Assembly: GCF_009914755.1 (NCBI RefSeq) | Contig: NC_060933.1 | Length of the DNA stretch: 64,000 nucleotides | Strand: one strand, 5' to 3' | From: the human T2T-CHM13v2.0 reference genome, Homo sapiens | Part shown: one piece after another, positions 28,365 through 41,004 of the stretch | How positions within the stretch are numbered: the stretch's first letter is position 1 | How the letters are laid out: each line of letters starts with the position of its first letter | The notes under the pieces: model-generated | What the model saw: only the letters and a program-made list of their open reading frames with translations | What the model was told of the DNA's origin: nothing | Database searches by the model: none | Position numbers and translations under genes: made by a program

Positions 28365-31300
28365 AGACAGACCATATGACAGGCCACAAAACAAGTCTCA
28401 GGAAATTTAAGAAAATCAAAATTATATCGACTACCTTCTCAGACCACAGTGGAATAAAATTGGAAGTCAACTCCAAAAGGAACCCTCAAAACCAAGAAAA
28501 TACATGGAAATTAAATAACCTGCTCCTGAATAATCATTGGGTCAACAATGAAATAAAGATGGAAATTAAAAAATTATTTGAACTGAATAAGAGTGACACA
28601 ACCTATCAAAACCTCTGCGATACAGCAAAGGTGGTGCTCAGAGGAAAGTTTATAGCATTAAATGCCTACATCAAAATGTCTGAAAGAGCACAAATAGACA
28701 ATCTAAGGTCACACCTCATGTAACTGAAAAAACAAGAACAATCCAAACTCAAATCCAGCAGAAGAAAAGAAATAATGAAGATCAGAGCACAACTAAATAA
28801 AATTGAAACTAAAAAAATTACAAAAGATAAATGAAACAAAAAGCTGGTTCTTTGAAAAGTTGAGTGAAATTGATAGACCATTAGCAAGATTAACCAAGAA
28901 AAGAAGAGAGAGGATCCAAATAAACTCAATGAGAAATGAAACGGGAGATATTACAACTAATACCACAAAAATATGAAAGATTATTCAAGGCTATTGTAAA
29001 CACCTTTATGTGCATAAACTAGAAAACCTAGAGGAGGAGATAGATAAATTCCTGGAACTATACAAACCTCATAGATTAAACCAGAAAGATACAGAATCTC
29101 TGAACAGGCCAATATCAAGCACCAAGATTGAAATGGTAATTTAAAAATTGCCAGCGAAAAAAAGGTCCAGGACCAGATGGATTCACAGCTGAATTCTATC
29201 AGACATTCAAAAACAAATTGGTACCAATCCTACTGATACTATTCCAAAAGACAGAGAAAGAAGGAATCTCCCTAAATCATTCTATGAAGCCAGTATCACC
29301 CTAATAGCAAAACCATGGAATGATATAACAAAAAAAAAAATTACAGACCAATATCCCTGAAGAATATAGATGCAAAAATCCTCAACAAAATACTAGCGAG
29401 CCAAATCCAACAACATATCAAAAAGATAATCCACCATGATCAAGTGAGTTTCATATCAGGGATGCAGGGATGGTTTAACATACTCAATAAATGTGATACA
29501 CCACATAAACAGAATTAAAAAGAAAAAAATCACATGATCATTTCAATGGATGCAGAAAAAACATCTGACAAAAGCAAACATCCATTTATGGTTAAAACCC
29601 TCAGCAAAATCTGCACAGAAGGGACATACCTTAAGGTAATAAAAGTCATCCAGGACAAACCCACAGTCAACATTATAGTGAATGGGGAAAAGGTGAAAGC
29701 ATTCGCTCTGAGAACTGAAACAAGACAAGGATGCCCACTCTCACCACTTCTATTCAACATAGTACTGGAAGTCCTCCCCGGAACAATCAGAAAAAGAAAA
29801 AAGGGCATCCAAATTGGTAACAGGATATCAAACTGTCCCTGTTTGCTGATGATATGATCATATACCTAGAAAACCCTAAAGACTCATCCAAAATCTCCTA
29901 GAACTGGTAAATGAATTCAGCAAAGTTTCAGGATACAAAATTAATGCACACCAATTAGTAACTCTGCTATGCACCAACAGCCACCAAGCTGAGAGTCAAA
30001 TCAAGAACTCAACCATTTTCACAATAGTTGCAAAAAAAATTAAATACTTGGGAATACACCTAATCAAGAACATGAAAGACCTCAACAAGAATAACTACAA
30101 AACACTGCTGAAAGAAATCAGAAATGACACAAACAAATGGAAACACATCCAGTGCACACAGATGAGTAGAATCAATATTGTAAAAATGACCAAGCTGCCA
30201 ACAGCAATCTACAAATTCAATGCAATTCCCATAAAAATGCCACCATCATTCTTCAAAGAACTTGATAAAACAATCCTAAAATTCATATGGAACCAAAAAA
30301 AGAGCCTGCATAGCCAAAAGAAGACTAAGCAAAAAGAACAAATCTGGAGGCATCACATCACCTGACTTCAGACTAATACTGTAAGGCCATAGTCACCAAA
30401 CCAGCATGGTACTGGTATAAAAAATTGGCACATGGACCAACGAAACAGAATAGAAAAACCCAGAAATAAAGCCAAATACTTGCATCCAACTGATCTTTGA
30501 CAAAGCACACAAAATCATAAAGCGGGCAAAGGACACCCTAGTCAACAAATGGTGCTGGGATAACTGGCAAGCCACATGTAGGAGAATGAAACTGGATCCT
30601 CATCTCATCTTATACAAAAATCAACTCAAGATGTATCAAATACTTAAACCTAAGACCTGAAACCATAAAGATTCTAGATGATAATATCAGAAAAGCCCTT
30701 CTAGACATTGGCTTAGGCAAAGACTTCATGACCAAGAACCCAAAAGCAAATGCAACAAAAGCAAAGATAAATAAATGGGACTTAATTAAACTAAAAAGTT
30801 TCTGCACAGCAAAAGAAATAATCAGCAGAGTTAACAGACAACCCACAGAATGGGAGAAAATCTTCACAATCTGTACATCTGACAAAGGACTAATATCCAG
30901 AATCTACAAAGAACTCAGACAAATCAGCAAGTAAATAACAGTCTTTTCAAAAAATGGGCTAAGGACATAGACAATTCTCAAAAGAGAATATACAAATGGC
31001 CAAGAAGCATATGGAAACATGCTCAACATCACTAATTATCAGGAAAATGCAAATCAAAACCACAATGCAATACCACCTAACTCCTGCAAGAACGGCCATA
31101 AAAACTTTTTAAAAAAATAGATGTTGGCGGGGATGTGGTGAAAAGGGAACACTTTTACACTGTTGGTGAGAATCTAAACTAGTACAACCACTATGGAAAA
31201 CAGTGTGGAGATTCTTTAAAGAACTGAAAGTAGATCTACCATTTGATCCAGCAATCCCACTACTAGGTATCTGCCCAGGGGAAAAGAAGTCATTATACAA

Positions 31301-31525
31301 AAAAGATACTAGCACTTGCATGTTTATAGCAGCGCTATTTGTGATTGCAAAAATACGGAACCAGCCCAAATGCCCATTAATCAACAAGTGGATAAAGAAA
31401 ATGTGATACAGATAGATATAGATATAGATATATAGATACCCCATGGTATAATACTCATCCATAAAAAGAAATGAAATAATGGCATTCACAGCCACCTGGA
31501 TGGAACTGGAGACTATTCCAAGTGA
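28365..31525 (+). pseudogene. L1PB1 ORF2 remnant (most of endonuclease deleted; RT and C-terminal region broken)
   Basis: Fragments '[10 protein letters not shown]', '[19 protein letters not shown]', '[18 protein letters not shown]', '[12 protein letters not shown]'; many stops and frameshifts. Confidence 0.9.
31405..31438. repeat. (GATA)/(TA) mixed microsatellite inside L1PB1
   Basis: gatacagatagatatagatatagatatatagata. Confidence 0.85.
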
Positions 31526-31814
31526 AGTAACTCAGGAATGGAAAGTCAAACAGCCTACATTCTCCCTCATATATGGGAGCTAAGCTATGAGTGCACAAAG
31601 GCATAAGAATGACACATTGGACTTTGGGGATTCAGGGGGAAGGGTGGGGATGGTAAGGGATAAAAGACTACACATTGGGTACAGTGTACACTGCGCAGGT
31701 GATGGGTGCACCAAAATCTCAGAAATCATAACTAAAGAACTTATTTGTATGACAAAATACCACCTGTTTCCCAAAAACCTATTGAAATAAAATAATACAT
31801 TTTTTAAAAAAATT

Positions 31815-32350
31815 TTAATTCAACAAGCATTTCCCAACACTCATCATGTGTCAGACACTCAGCTGCACACAGATATCACAGAGATTAGAACACACAACAT
31901 AGTGCACTCAAGAAGCTCAGAGTCTAGAGGGGGATCAGACACATGGACAGACAATTCAAATGGTATAAGAATAGCTACAGCAGAGATGTGCATAGGTTAC
32001 TTTGTCCAGAATACCATAAGATCCAGACAGGGGCATCTACCAACTTAGTCTGATAGTAGCAGGACAGTAGGAGGCCCTCTAGGAAAGGGGCTACCCAAGC
32101 TGAGTCTTAAGAGTTAAATAAGAGTTATCCGGGATAAAAAGAAAAAAAAAAAACAGCTCAAAGAGCATTGTAAAAGCATGAGTAAAGGGAAATATAATAG
32201 TTAAATAACATAAAGAGTGAAAAATTCAAGCAAAAAACAACAGAAATTTTAGGAGATAAGAAAACTGGAGTCATATTAGACAAAATCTTCTAGAAACTAA
32301 GTATTTAGATAAATGCATGGGAGGTGAAATGATTGCTTTTTTAGTTTGTG
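31815..32350 (-). mobile_element. L2 fragment
   Basis: 'attcaacaagcattt...atgtgtcagacact...ctcaagaagctcagagtctag'. Confidence 0.65.
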
Positions 32351-32480
32351 TTGTTCAACAGAATTCCAGAAAATGAACAGATTTCATACTCATCAATGAG
32401 CTTCTTAAAAAAAAAAAAAGCATGTTATATACTATTTGAGTGTGTCGGGAACCAAGAAAATATGCAAAATGTTTGCTATG

Positions 32481-32827
32481 TGTCTTATTCTGTTTTCTGC
32501 TGTTATAAAGGAATACCTAATTCTGGGTAATTTATTCTAAAAAGAAATTTGTTTCTCACAGTTCTGGAGCTGGCAAACCCAAGAGCATGGTGCCAGCATC
32601 TGACAAGGGTCATCCTATGACAGGGCAGAAGGCAGAAGCAAGCATGTGAGACAGAAAGGAAAGGAGGGTGGGACTCCCACAGTAAATAACCTCCTCCCAA
32701 ATTAATTCATTCAGGAGGGTAGAGCCCTCATAACCTAATTACCTCCTAAAGACCCCACCTCTTAACACTGTTACAAGGGCAATTAAATTTCAATCTGAGT
32801 TTCGGCAGGGACAGTCAAACCATAGAA
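32481..32827 (-). mobile_element. MSTC/MSTD-like MaLR solo LTR
   Basis: 'tgtcttattctgttttctgctg...ctcacagttctggagctgg...caaaccatagaa'; 5-bp TSD ctatg/gtatg (one mismatch). Confidence 0.88.
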
Positions 32828-33339
32828 GTATGTGAAAATATATATGCCTACACGCACAAATGCATGCACACACAAACACAAATGCATTTGCCAAAGTACA
32901 AACTACTCCTAGTTCATAAGCAATCTCAAAATTAAAAGTTGTTGGTTTTTGTCTTTAATACAGCCTTCCTTCTGGTCTCTACCAGTGATAGAAACAAGCT
33001 GACATAGCTCCTGGGGAAGTATGAAGGGTATATAAGGAAGATAAAACAACTCTTCTTTTTGGCCCTGAACTAAGCTTATAAAATACACTTGCCAGAAGGG
33101 AGATCTAGACAACATTTATTTGTCTAGTTTCATTTAAAAGTACATATAGCTTATCACCAAAAAAAAAGCATGCCTCAAAAGCAGTCACAGGCTTTGACAG
33201 AAAATGTCATGAAAAAAAATATTGCATTCTCTGTGTGTATGCATATATACCATTATGGCATGCTACCGTGTACGGTGTGTGTGTGTGTATAAAGATATAT
33301 AATATGTAAATTAACTTTCCCTTTATCCATTAATAGGTC

Positions 33340-33590
33340 AATGAAATAACTGATCAGGGTGATGAAAGTACAAGCTCTGAAGTCAGACTGCCTGACATTA
33401 GGTCCTGGCTCCTCAATGATCATAAGCAATTTAGCCTCTCCAAGCCTCAATGACCTCATCTATAAAATAAAAATAATAATAATAATAGAACCTACCACAT
33501 GTGATTATTCTGAAGATTGAATGAATATATAATGCATATAAAGTGCTTAGCATGTTGACTGGCATGTCATAAGAACTCAATAACAGTTGC
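33340..33590 (+). mobile_element. MIR SINE
   Basis: 'ctctgaagtcagactgcctg...cctcatctataaaat...aaagtgcttagca'. Confidence 0.8.
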
Positions 33591-36500
33591 AGGACCACTA
33601 CACCTATACCAGATGTGATTCCAAAATAGATCTATTTTGGAAGGAGACATTTTGAAAAGCATTCAAGTGATTAGATAGGGCTGAGTAGCCTTTTTGATGC
33701 CAGCTATAAATTCACTCACATAAACTACTTTTGTAAAGGACCATCCAGTGCTTAAAACAGAGGATCATTTGTCATATTGCTCTCATAAATTCCCGTCACT
33801 TTGGCTTGCCTCATCTATATAAATGAGTCTTAAAAAAAAAAAAAAAAAACCCTGAATCTAATCACTCCTGGAGGCTGCAAAACAATAGATTGTTTATAAA
33901 ATGTAGCATCACAGCTGACAGGCTTGCTGAAAATTGAGACAATGATACAGCCATAGGCTTCAGTAAAATGGCTGTGGTCAAGAAGAAGTTCAACAGCACT
34001 GATTAATCCCTAAAATGTAACAAAGTAGCAATTTATTTTTAAAAACCTCTATCTTTTCCCTTGGAATTATCCATCATCCTATTCTCTCTCCCATCCTCCT
34101 CTCTTGTTTATACCTTAATTCTGGGGAATAATTTTAAGAGGAAACATTTGCCAAGATTTTGAATTGCTTGTATTACTTAATGCATACACAAGTAAAAAAA
34201 AAAATACATATCCAAAATCCAAGTGTAAAAGCAGCCATTCCAGAGCTTGTAATATTTGGAGCCAGATTATAGATGGTAGAAATTTCAGAGAGGGGGGAAA
34301 AAACCTAGCAATCAGATTCAAGAAATATTTTTAAGAGAAATTTTGATCTGAAAACTTTGTGTTTTGCACATGTGAAAAATAGATCTTTCAATCAAGAGAA
34401 GCACAGGTTTTGGATAACATAAAGGAGCTCACATTTTCATATCTGACTTTCATTTTTTTCTGTTCTGGGAAAATAGAATTACTCTTCCATTGTGCAAGTC
34501 CACCTACTCAGACGCATGTGATTAAGATCATAAGGAGCTCAGGTCTTCAGGCACAGAAAAAAATGTAAAAAAAAGAAAAAAATCCTGAAACCCAAGGTGA
34601 ATTACCACTCTTTTAAGCTGTGATTAAGTTTAAAAATAAAACCATTAATGGTTTTTATCTGCAATTGAAACCAGAGGTCTACTTTTCCCCACTGTCTTTA
34701 CTTTTGCCTTCAAATAAAATCTTATATATCTAAGAGTCTGTTTTTGGCTTAGGATTATTAAACCCTGATGTGATTCCTCCAGGGTTGAAGATCCTCATGC
34801 TAAACTGCTTACTAAAGGTTTACAAATTGAAATGGCTCTCAGGGGAATTTTTTTCTGCCCGGTGAGTTCTGTTACTGCTGTCTCTGAAGTCAGACATTAT
34901 TGAGATAAAACTGATTAGAAAAGCCAAGGCTCTCTAACTTTCAACACCAAATAGGTCAGAAAAGCCTAAATCAGAGAGCTTGGAGCTCTTTCTGCTTTTA
35001 TATTATTAAAAGACTTACTCTGGTAAGTGAAAGCCTTGTTTACTCAATACCAGTTTTCAGAAAACAATGCCTCAAAGCATCTTTTCTTTCCTTCCCCACA
35101 CAACACTCAGAGCACAAATTTTTGAACAAATTCTGGATTAAACTAGTCTGTACTACCTGTGCTACGTCACCTGTTAACTAAACTGTGAAGTGACTTCTTA
35201 CAGACCCCAGATGGCATGTCATGGCGGCTACATAGCTTAACAAGAGAATTAACAAAAAATGAAGATGCTTGTCTAACAAGGAGAAGGAAATAAAGAAACA
35301 AATAAAAATTTAATGCTCTTTCCTGAACCTCAGGTTTTAGGATGCCTATAAACTAAGAAAAACACCAGTTCAGCCTTCTATTTCATTCCTAGGTCAGTGA
35401 TGTAGCATTATATATGATTTGTCCAAAATTTGTATTATTCTTCCTATTTTTTCTTAATAATAGAAAGTACAAAAGCTTATATAAGTAGCTCAACATACAA
35501 GTAAACTACGGTCTAAAAATTGTACCTTAATTTGTTAAAGCTTAGAACACTTTTTTCTTGGAAACAGTAACTGTCGACTCCTAAGACAAGTCCACATTCA
35601 TATTGCAAAAACCCTATATCAAACCTCCCTAACAGTCGCTACTGTCTGCTCACCGAGTATTAAACATTTTTACTGATAAAACTCACAACTTTAAGGTAAC
35701 TCATCTCTTTTGTGGGATAAGTCCTTTTGTACATTAGGCAAAATGTACTTACACTGAGCTGCAATCTGTATCCACCTACCACCTGGCAATTCCTACTATC
35801 GTAGCCAGGATCCATCCTGCTTCTTTTGCCCTCACTTCACTGTAAATGTGCCCAATTCCTTGTATCATTTCTCCTAATGTGGATTTCAGCCCTCATGCCT
35901 TACTCTGCACCATTTCCTTTTTAATGTCATTTGTGAAATGTGACGGTCACAGCCGGAGAGAATCAGACATGTGTGGCTAGCACAGTAGCTCACTGATTAC
36001 CTGTGGCCTGGACAGTGTGGTTTTACTTTGTTTTGCTGAATACTAAGTCACTAGAAGACACAAGCAGCTGTGGATGGAACTTATTTGGGTTAGAAAAGAG
36101 TCTCATTGTTTATGATATGTGGCAGAGTGCCTAATGAGGGAAACCAACCAGAAGAGGGAAGAACTAAAAATACCAGCCACTTCTATATCTAGAAATGGAA
36201 AGAACAAACGACCTCTGAATAAATCTTTCTTTTCTGGAAGAATCATTTGGATGGCATTAGTTGCAAAATTGTAAGGCAAATAGATGCCCATCACCCTGGA
36301 GAAAAGTACAAAAAGAATCTGTTTTCCTGTAACTTGGCCAAATCTGTTTCTCCCAACTTCCCTTTGAGTTCCAAGCTCTGAAGGGGAATGAGAAGGAAGC
36401 AATTTGCATAAAGAACTGGAGGAGAAGGGCTCTCTGGGAGGGAAAGAACTAGCACACAAAGGAGCTAGACTACAAAGGGCCTCAAGGCAGAGCAAAGCAA

Positions 36501-36734
36501 CCAAGCACCTGCAGTAAAGCAACCTTGGTGGTATAAAGCAATAGGACAAGAGGGCTGGTTCCTCCTTGCAGTCAAAGGAGAAAAAGAGAAATGAAAGTTT
36601 TCATTTGTTAGGACCCAGTACCCTCTCCTCCACCCCAGGAACACAACTAGGCTTTAAAGTTTGAATAAATTTATAGATTCAAAGATTTAACATACTCTTT
36701 GGAATCTGATAAAAAACATGTTAGCTTTTATACA

Positions 36735-37570
36735 TCTTTTATACTTTTTATTGTGAAATATGACACATTTATAGAAAAGTTCACGAAATATAAATGCATT
36801 ATATATATAAATAATTAGCTAAATAGCTAAATAAATAATTTTAAAGTAAATACTACCACTCATTTTTTAAATCTTTTAATTTTATAATTTTTCTTTGCTT
36901 CTTTTTAGAATTTCTGTCTTTTTTAAAAATCATTTCCAGTAATGTTGTCAACCCTTCCTTTTATGTTTTTGAATATATAAACTTAGTTATTTTAAAGTAT
37001 TTGATAATTCTACATAGTCTCATTCATATCAGCTTCTCTCTCAGTGTGCCAGGTCAATTTTTAACATGCAATGGACCTTGCGTTGTTACAAATAATTTTA
37101 AACTTCCAACAAACAATGAAAATATTGTTTGTTGTTTGAGCCAGTGAAGCATCAGAAATCACTCTCAGCTTTTTATTGGGATTGAGCCTGGGCTGGGTGA
37201 CTTCCCATCATCCCTAATCTTGGGATGTGGCCCTTCAAAGTCCAAACCTAAATCATAAACAGGGAGTTTTACCAGGGTTCTTACTTTGGACAGGCTTTCA
37301 ACTCCAACTTTTGTCCCCTTAGTCTCACAAGGCTATCAGAAATAATTCTCAGTATTTTTATTTTCTTTTCAACAATCAGCAAACATAAGCAACATTAATG
37401 CTGGGCTAACCTCTCTATACATCTATTCTTGTTGAATCCTTGGCTCCATAATCCTTCAGTATATTTTTTACTATTTTATACCTTCAAGTATACGCTTTCC
37501 TATTGTTATTTAGCTGTTCTCTTTTTTATTCAGAATGTTGGTTAGAATTATCAGTTATCCAAAGTGAAAG
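36735..37570 (-). mobile_element. Old L1M/HAL1-like fragments
   Basis: 'tttttattgtgaaatat...atagaaaagt' L1M 3' end, then HAL1-like 'tttaccagggttc...aactccaacttttgtcccc'. Confidence 0.45.
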
Positions 37571-39036
37571 TCTCTCCTCTTATTTGTATTTATTTAATCA
37601 CCCGCAATAAATTAACCTAACTACTGAACAGACCTACTGCTTTATCTATACCTCCCTTATGATATTTATCCCTTCCAACCTTTTATTATAATCATTTTAA
37701 AATATTTCTCTCCTCCTTCATTCAATTTTTAAGTTTTTCTATGACAAAATTAATAACCATGCTTGATTCATTTATGAATTATCCCCATTCTTGAATGCTA
37801 TCCACATTAGCCTTGCAGGAACTAAGTGACTGAATAAGCCTAAATATCTCTTGTTTGCACAACTGGGTGCATCTGAAATAGAACCTCTAAATTATCCTAA
37901 ACTACATAATGGGTCATCTCAGCAGAAATAAGAAGTAGGCTGTAGTCCCAAACATCAATTGTGAGTTGCATAAACAAGTTCCTCCAGACCTCATATAATA
38001 AGCAATTGCATACCTGCAGAAATAAATAGCAATATTAATACACAACAAATGGAAGCTTCGATACCCCAGGTTGCAGTTTCAATATTCATCTGCATATTTC
38101 ATTTAGCGTCAGTACATGTGACTTAAATTGTGCAGCTATTGCTCTTATTAAAATTCATAAACTCCCTCTGGAATTCATGGCAGCCATCTGGCCAAATATT
38201 GGCTTCTTACATTTGAAACTCAATTGCATCAAAGTCACTGAATCTCTTAATCAGTTACAAAGGATCTGAGCTCTTAGGGCTTACATTGATTGGCCGCCAT
38301 TTTCCTAATGGAGTCATAGCCTCTGTAATTACCTATTTGACAGGAGAGGTGCCTGCTTTCTGAAGGCTATATATCCTAGCTCTTCATTTACCTAAAATGT
38401 TAGTTGGCAGCCCTCATAAGAGCATCAGCTACAAAATGTGATTAGAGTTAATGTAAGTGTAACAGGATGATGTTCTCATCTCATCTCTACTTATTGCATA
38501 TGGTTGCCACACATTATTCTCTAACATGGATTGCATTTCTAGAGTAACTTCAATGTACATTTTTATTTTATAATTCTTCAACAGCCAAAATTTATGCATT
38601 TGCACACACCTCATATCCACAGACATACTCAAGAAGTACTGCTTGATTCAAAAGCTAAAACCTCTCTTTCCAAATACATTCTGGTCCTTACAACATGAAG
38701 CATATCTGACCATGACTTTTCAATGTGCACAAGGAAAAGTAATTAAGAGCCCCTTCCTCAATTTATGCAAAGTACTGAAAAGAACACTGCTATTGGATTT
38801 AGAACCACATTCAGATTCCAGTGTTAGTTAAACCACTTATTACCTGCATTGTGTAAGTTAATTTTTAAAATCTCCAGATGTGTCTCTTCATTTATAACAC
38901 TGAGATATTGATATCACTTTATTTTTTAATAATTATAATATTGTTATGAGATGATAATTTTATAATACTTTTTGTAAGTTTGAAATAACAAAAATTAAGC
39001 ACCTAGCACAGTTCTTAGAAAATATTGGGCATTTGT

Positions 39037-39488
39037 ACCAGTCAGACCTTGCTTAAGTAAAGAAGCTTCAGCTACCTCAAAATCTTGATGGTTTACAACA
39101 GCAAACATTTGTTTCTCACTCAGGAATCTTCAGTTTGTCTGTGGCTCTCCTGGAAGTGGTTGAGCTTACCTGGCCAGTTAAGCTGCATGTGGCTCCAGTA
39201 TGCAGACTGGGTTCACACCTGCTCCATAAGTCTCTTTGTCCAGGATTCAGGATGAAAGGACAGTGCTTACATTGGGCATGCTCTTTTCACTGTGGATAGC
39301 AGAAGTGCAAAAAGGCTGGGAAAACTTTACTTGGACCTCACACACTATCACTTCTGCTCACTGCTATAGCAAGCCACATGGATAACCCCAAAGTCATTGT
39401 GACAGGGAAGTATATTCCACTCACAGGGAATCTATGGCCAGGAAAGGAGGAAAAGAACAGCTATGAATGAATACATACTCTCTAATAC
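39037..39488 (-). mobile_element. MLT1H/I-like MaLR LTR nested in a MIR (MIR at about 38790-39036 and 39490-39520)
   Basis: 'aaaatcttgatggtttacaacagcaaacatttgtttctcact', 'agcaagccacatgg', 'cagggaagtatattccac'. Confidence 0.7.
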
Positions 39489-39665
39489 GCTATTCAATTA
39501 ATGGTAGTCATTATAATTAGCCATTGTGTGACGCTGTGATGTTTCTGCCTCTATCCTGAGATCTCATAGCAAGTCATAGAAATATTTTCCCAATTATCTC
39601 CAAGAAACCAAGACTTCTAATGAACCTTTCATTAGATTATTTGAATGCCTCATTTTAAGTTACTG

Positions 39666-39739
39666 TGGTTATTCATTCAATAGGTACGAACAACCTATTG
39701 AATGAATTTCGTTATTCATACCTATTGAATGAATAACCA
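39666..39739. repeat. Inverted repeat, 29-bp arms (27/29 paired), with nested direct repeat
   Basis: Arms at 39666-39694 and 39711-39739, paired by hand. Confidence 0.95.
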
Positions 39740-40479
39740 AAATAAAGCAGTTATCACTCAATATTTTTAAAGTACTCTTTTAAAAATTGAAAGTATATAT
39801 TTTATTTATGCATTACACATACAATAAAATATATATTTATATAATATTTTTTAAATTATATATATATATATATATATTTCTTGGCTTCATTTGCTTTTTA
39901 TAAGCCACAACAACCCTGTTAAACCTGGCAAAATAATATTTCCTAAAATACGATTAAGAGCTTTTTCATGAATTTGGGAGTCAGAATTCCTTGTTCATTT
40001 ACCATCTGCCATCCCCACCCCCCACTCTCAAATTAGTGACTACTGCAAACTGTCTTATAGTTTCTGGCCCTATGTTCTAAATGGAACTTACATTTACCTC
40101 TTATTCTATTCAGCTTTTATTTCTACTTAAAATAGGGTTATCATTAGTTTTAATTCCCTTCTAGAATGTAACTTTCTACCAACTCTAATACTCTCTTTAA
40201 GACATTTAATCCTCACTTTTTCTCAGTCTGAATTATTTACAGTATCCAGATATCTAAGTTTCTGAGATTTTTTTATGCTCTCCAATCTTTTGAGGGACTT
40301 TACACCACCTAACTTATAAGAGGCTTATGATAGAGTGGTTTTTCTACCCTTTTACCTAAAAACATATAGTAGGGGCCAGGAATGTGGGGGATCATATTAG
40401 AATTCTGCCTACCATATTGGTTTCAAAAAATATTTATAAAATAGAAATAATAATGCATAATGTGTTCTTTAGGCAAAAA

Positions 40480-41000
40480 ATCAGCTTCATAGTTTTGCAA
40501 TTGGAAAGTACCTAAAAGATCATCCAGACCAACCATTCAACCTATGCAGAAGATTTTCTACAAACCGAAGGTCATCCAGCCTCTGCTTCAACATTTATAT
40601 TGATGATGAGGCTCAATCGTTTGAAACGGGACATTTAAATTTTAAAACTCTGTAATTAATAGAAAATGTTTTCAATCTGTATTTCTCTAACCCCATTTTA
40701 ACTAGTTCTTCCCTCTGGAAAATTTTTGAATCAAAATAATCTTCTCCAATAAAAGGCCTTTAAACTTAAAAATTACTATGATTTTCTTTCTAAAGCAGAT
40801 AATCTAAGTTTTCTCTTCTTAGAAATTCAGGCTAAATATTCTAGTTCTAATATTATGCCATTCTCCACATCTTTCACCACCTTAATGGCCAACTTGTGAG
40901 TTTACTCTCACTTGTTAAAAATCCCCTTAAAACATTGTTTTTATACGTTGACCAAGTAGTATATCAGCTATGTTAATTCAGAGTATAAAAGAGCACAGCT
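40480..41000 (-). mobile_element. L3/CR1-like fragment
   Basis: 'ttggaaagtacctaaaagatcatccagaccaacc', 'catccagcctctgcttcaaca', 'caggctaaatattctagttct'. Confidence 0.55.
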
Positions 41001-41004
41001 CAAC

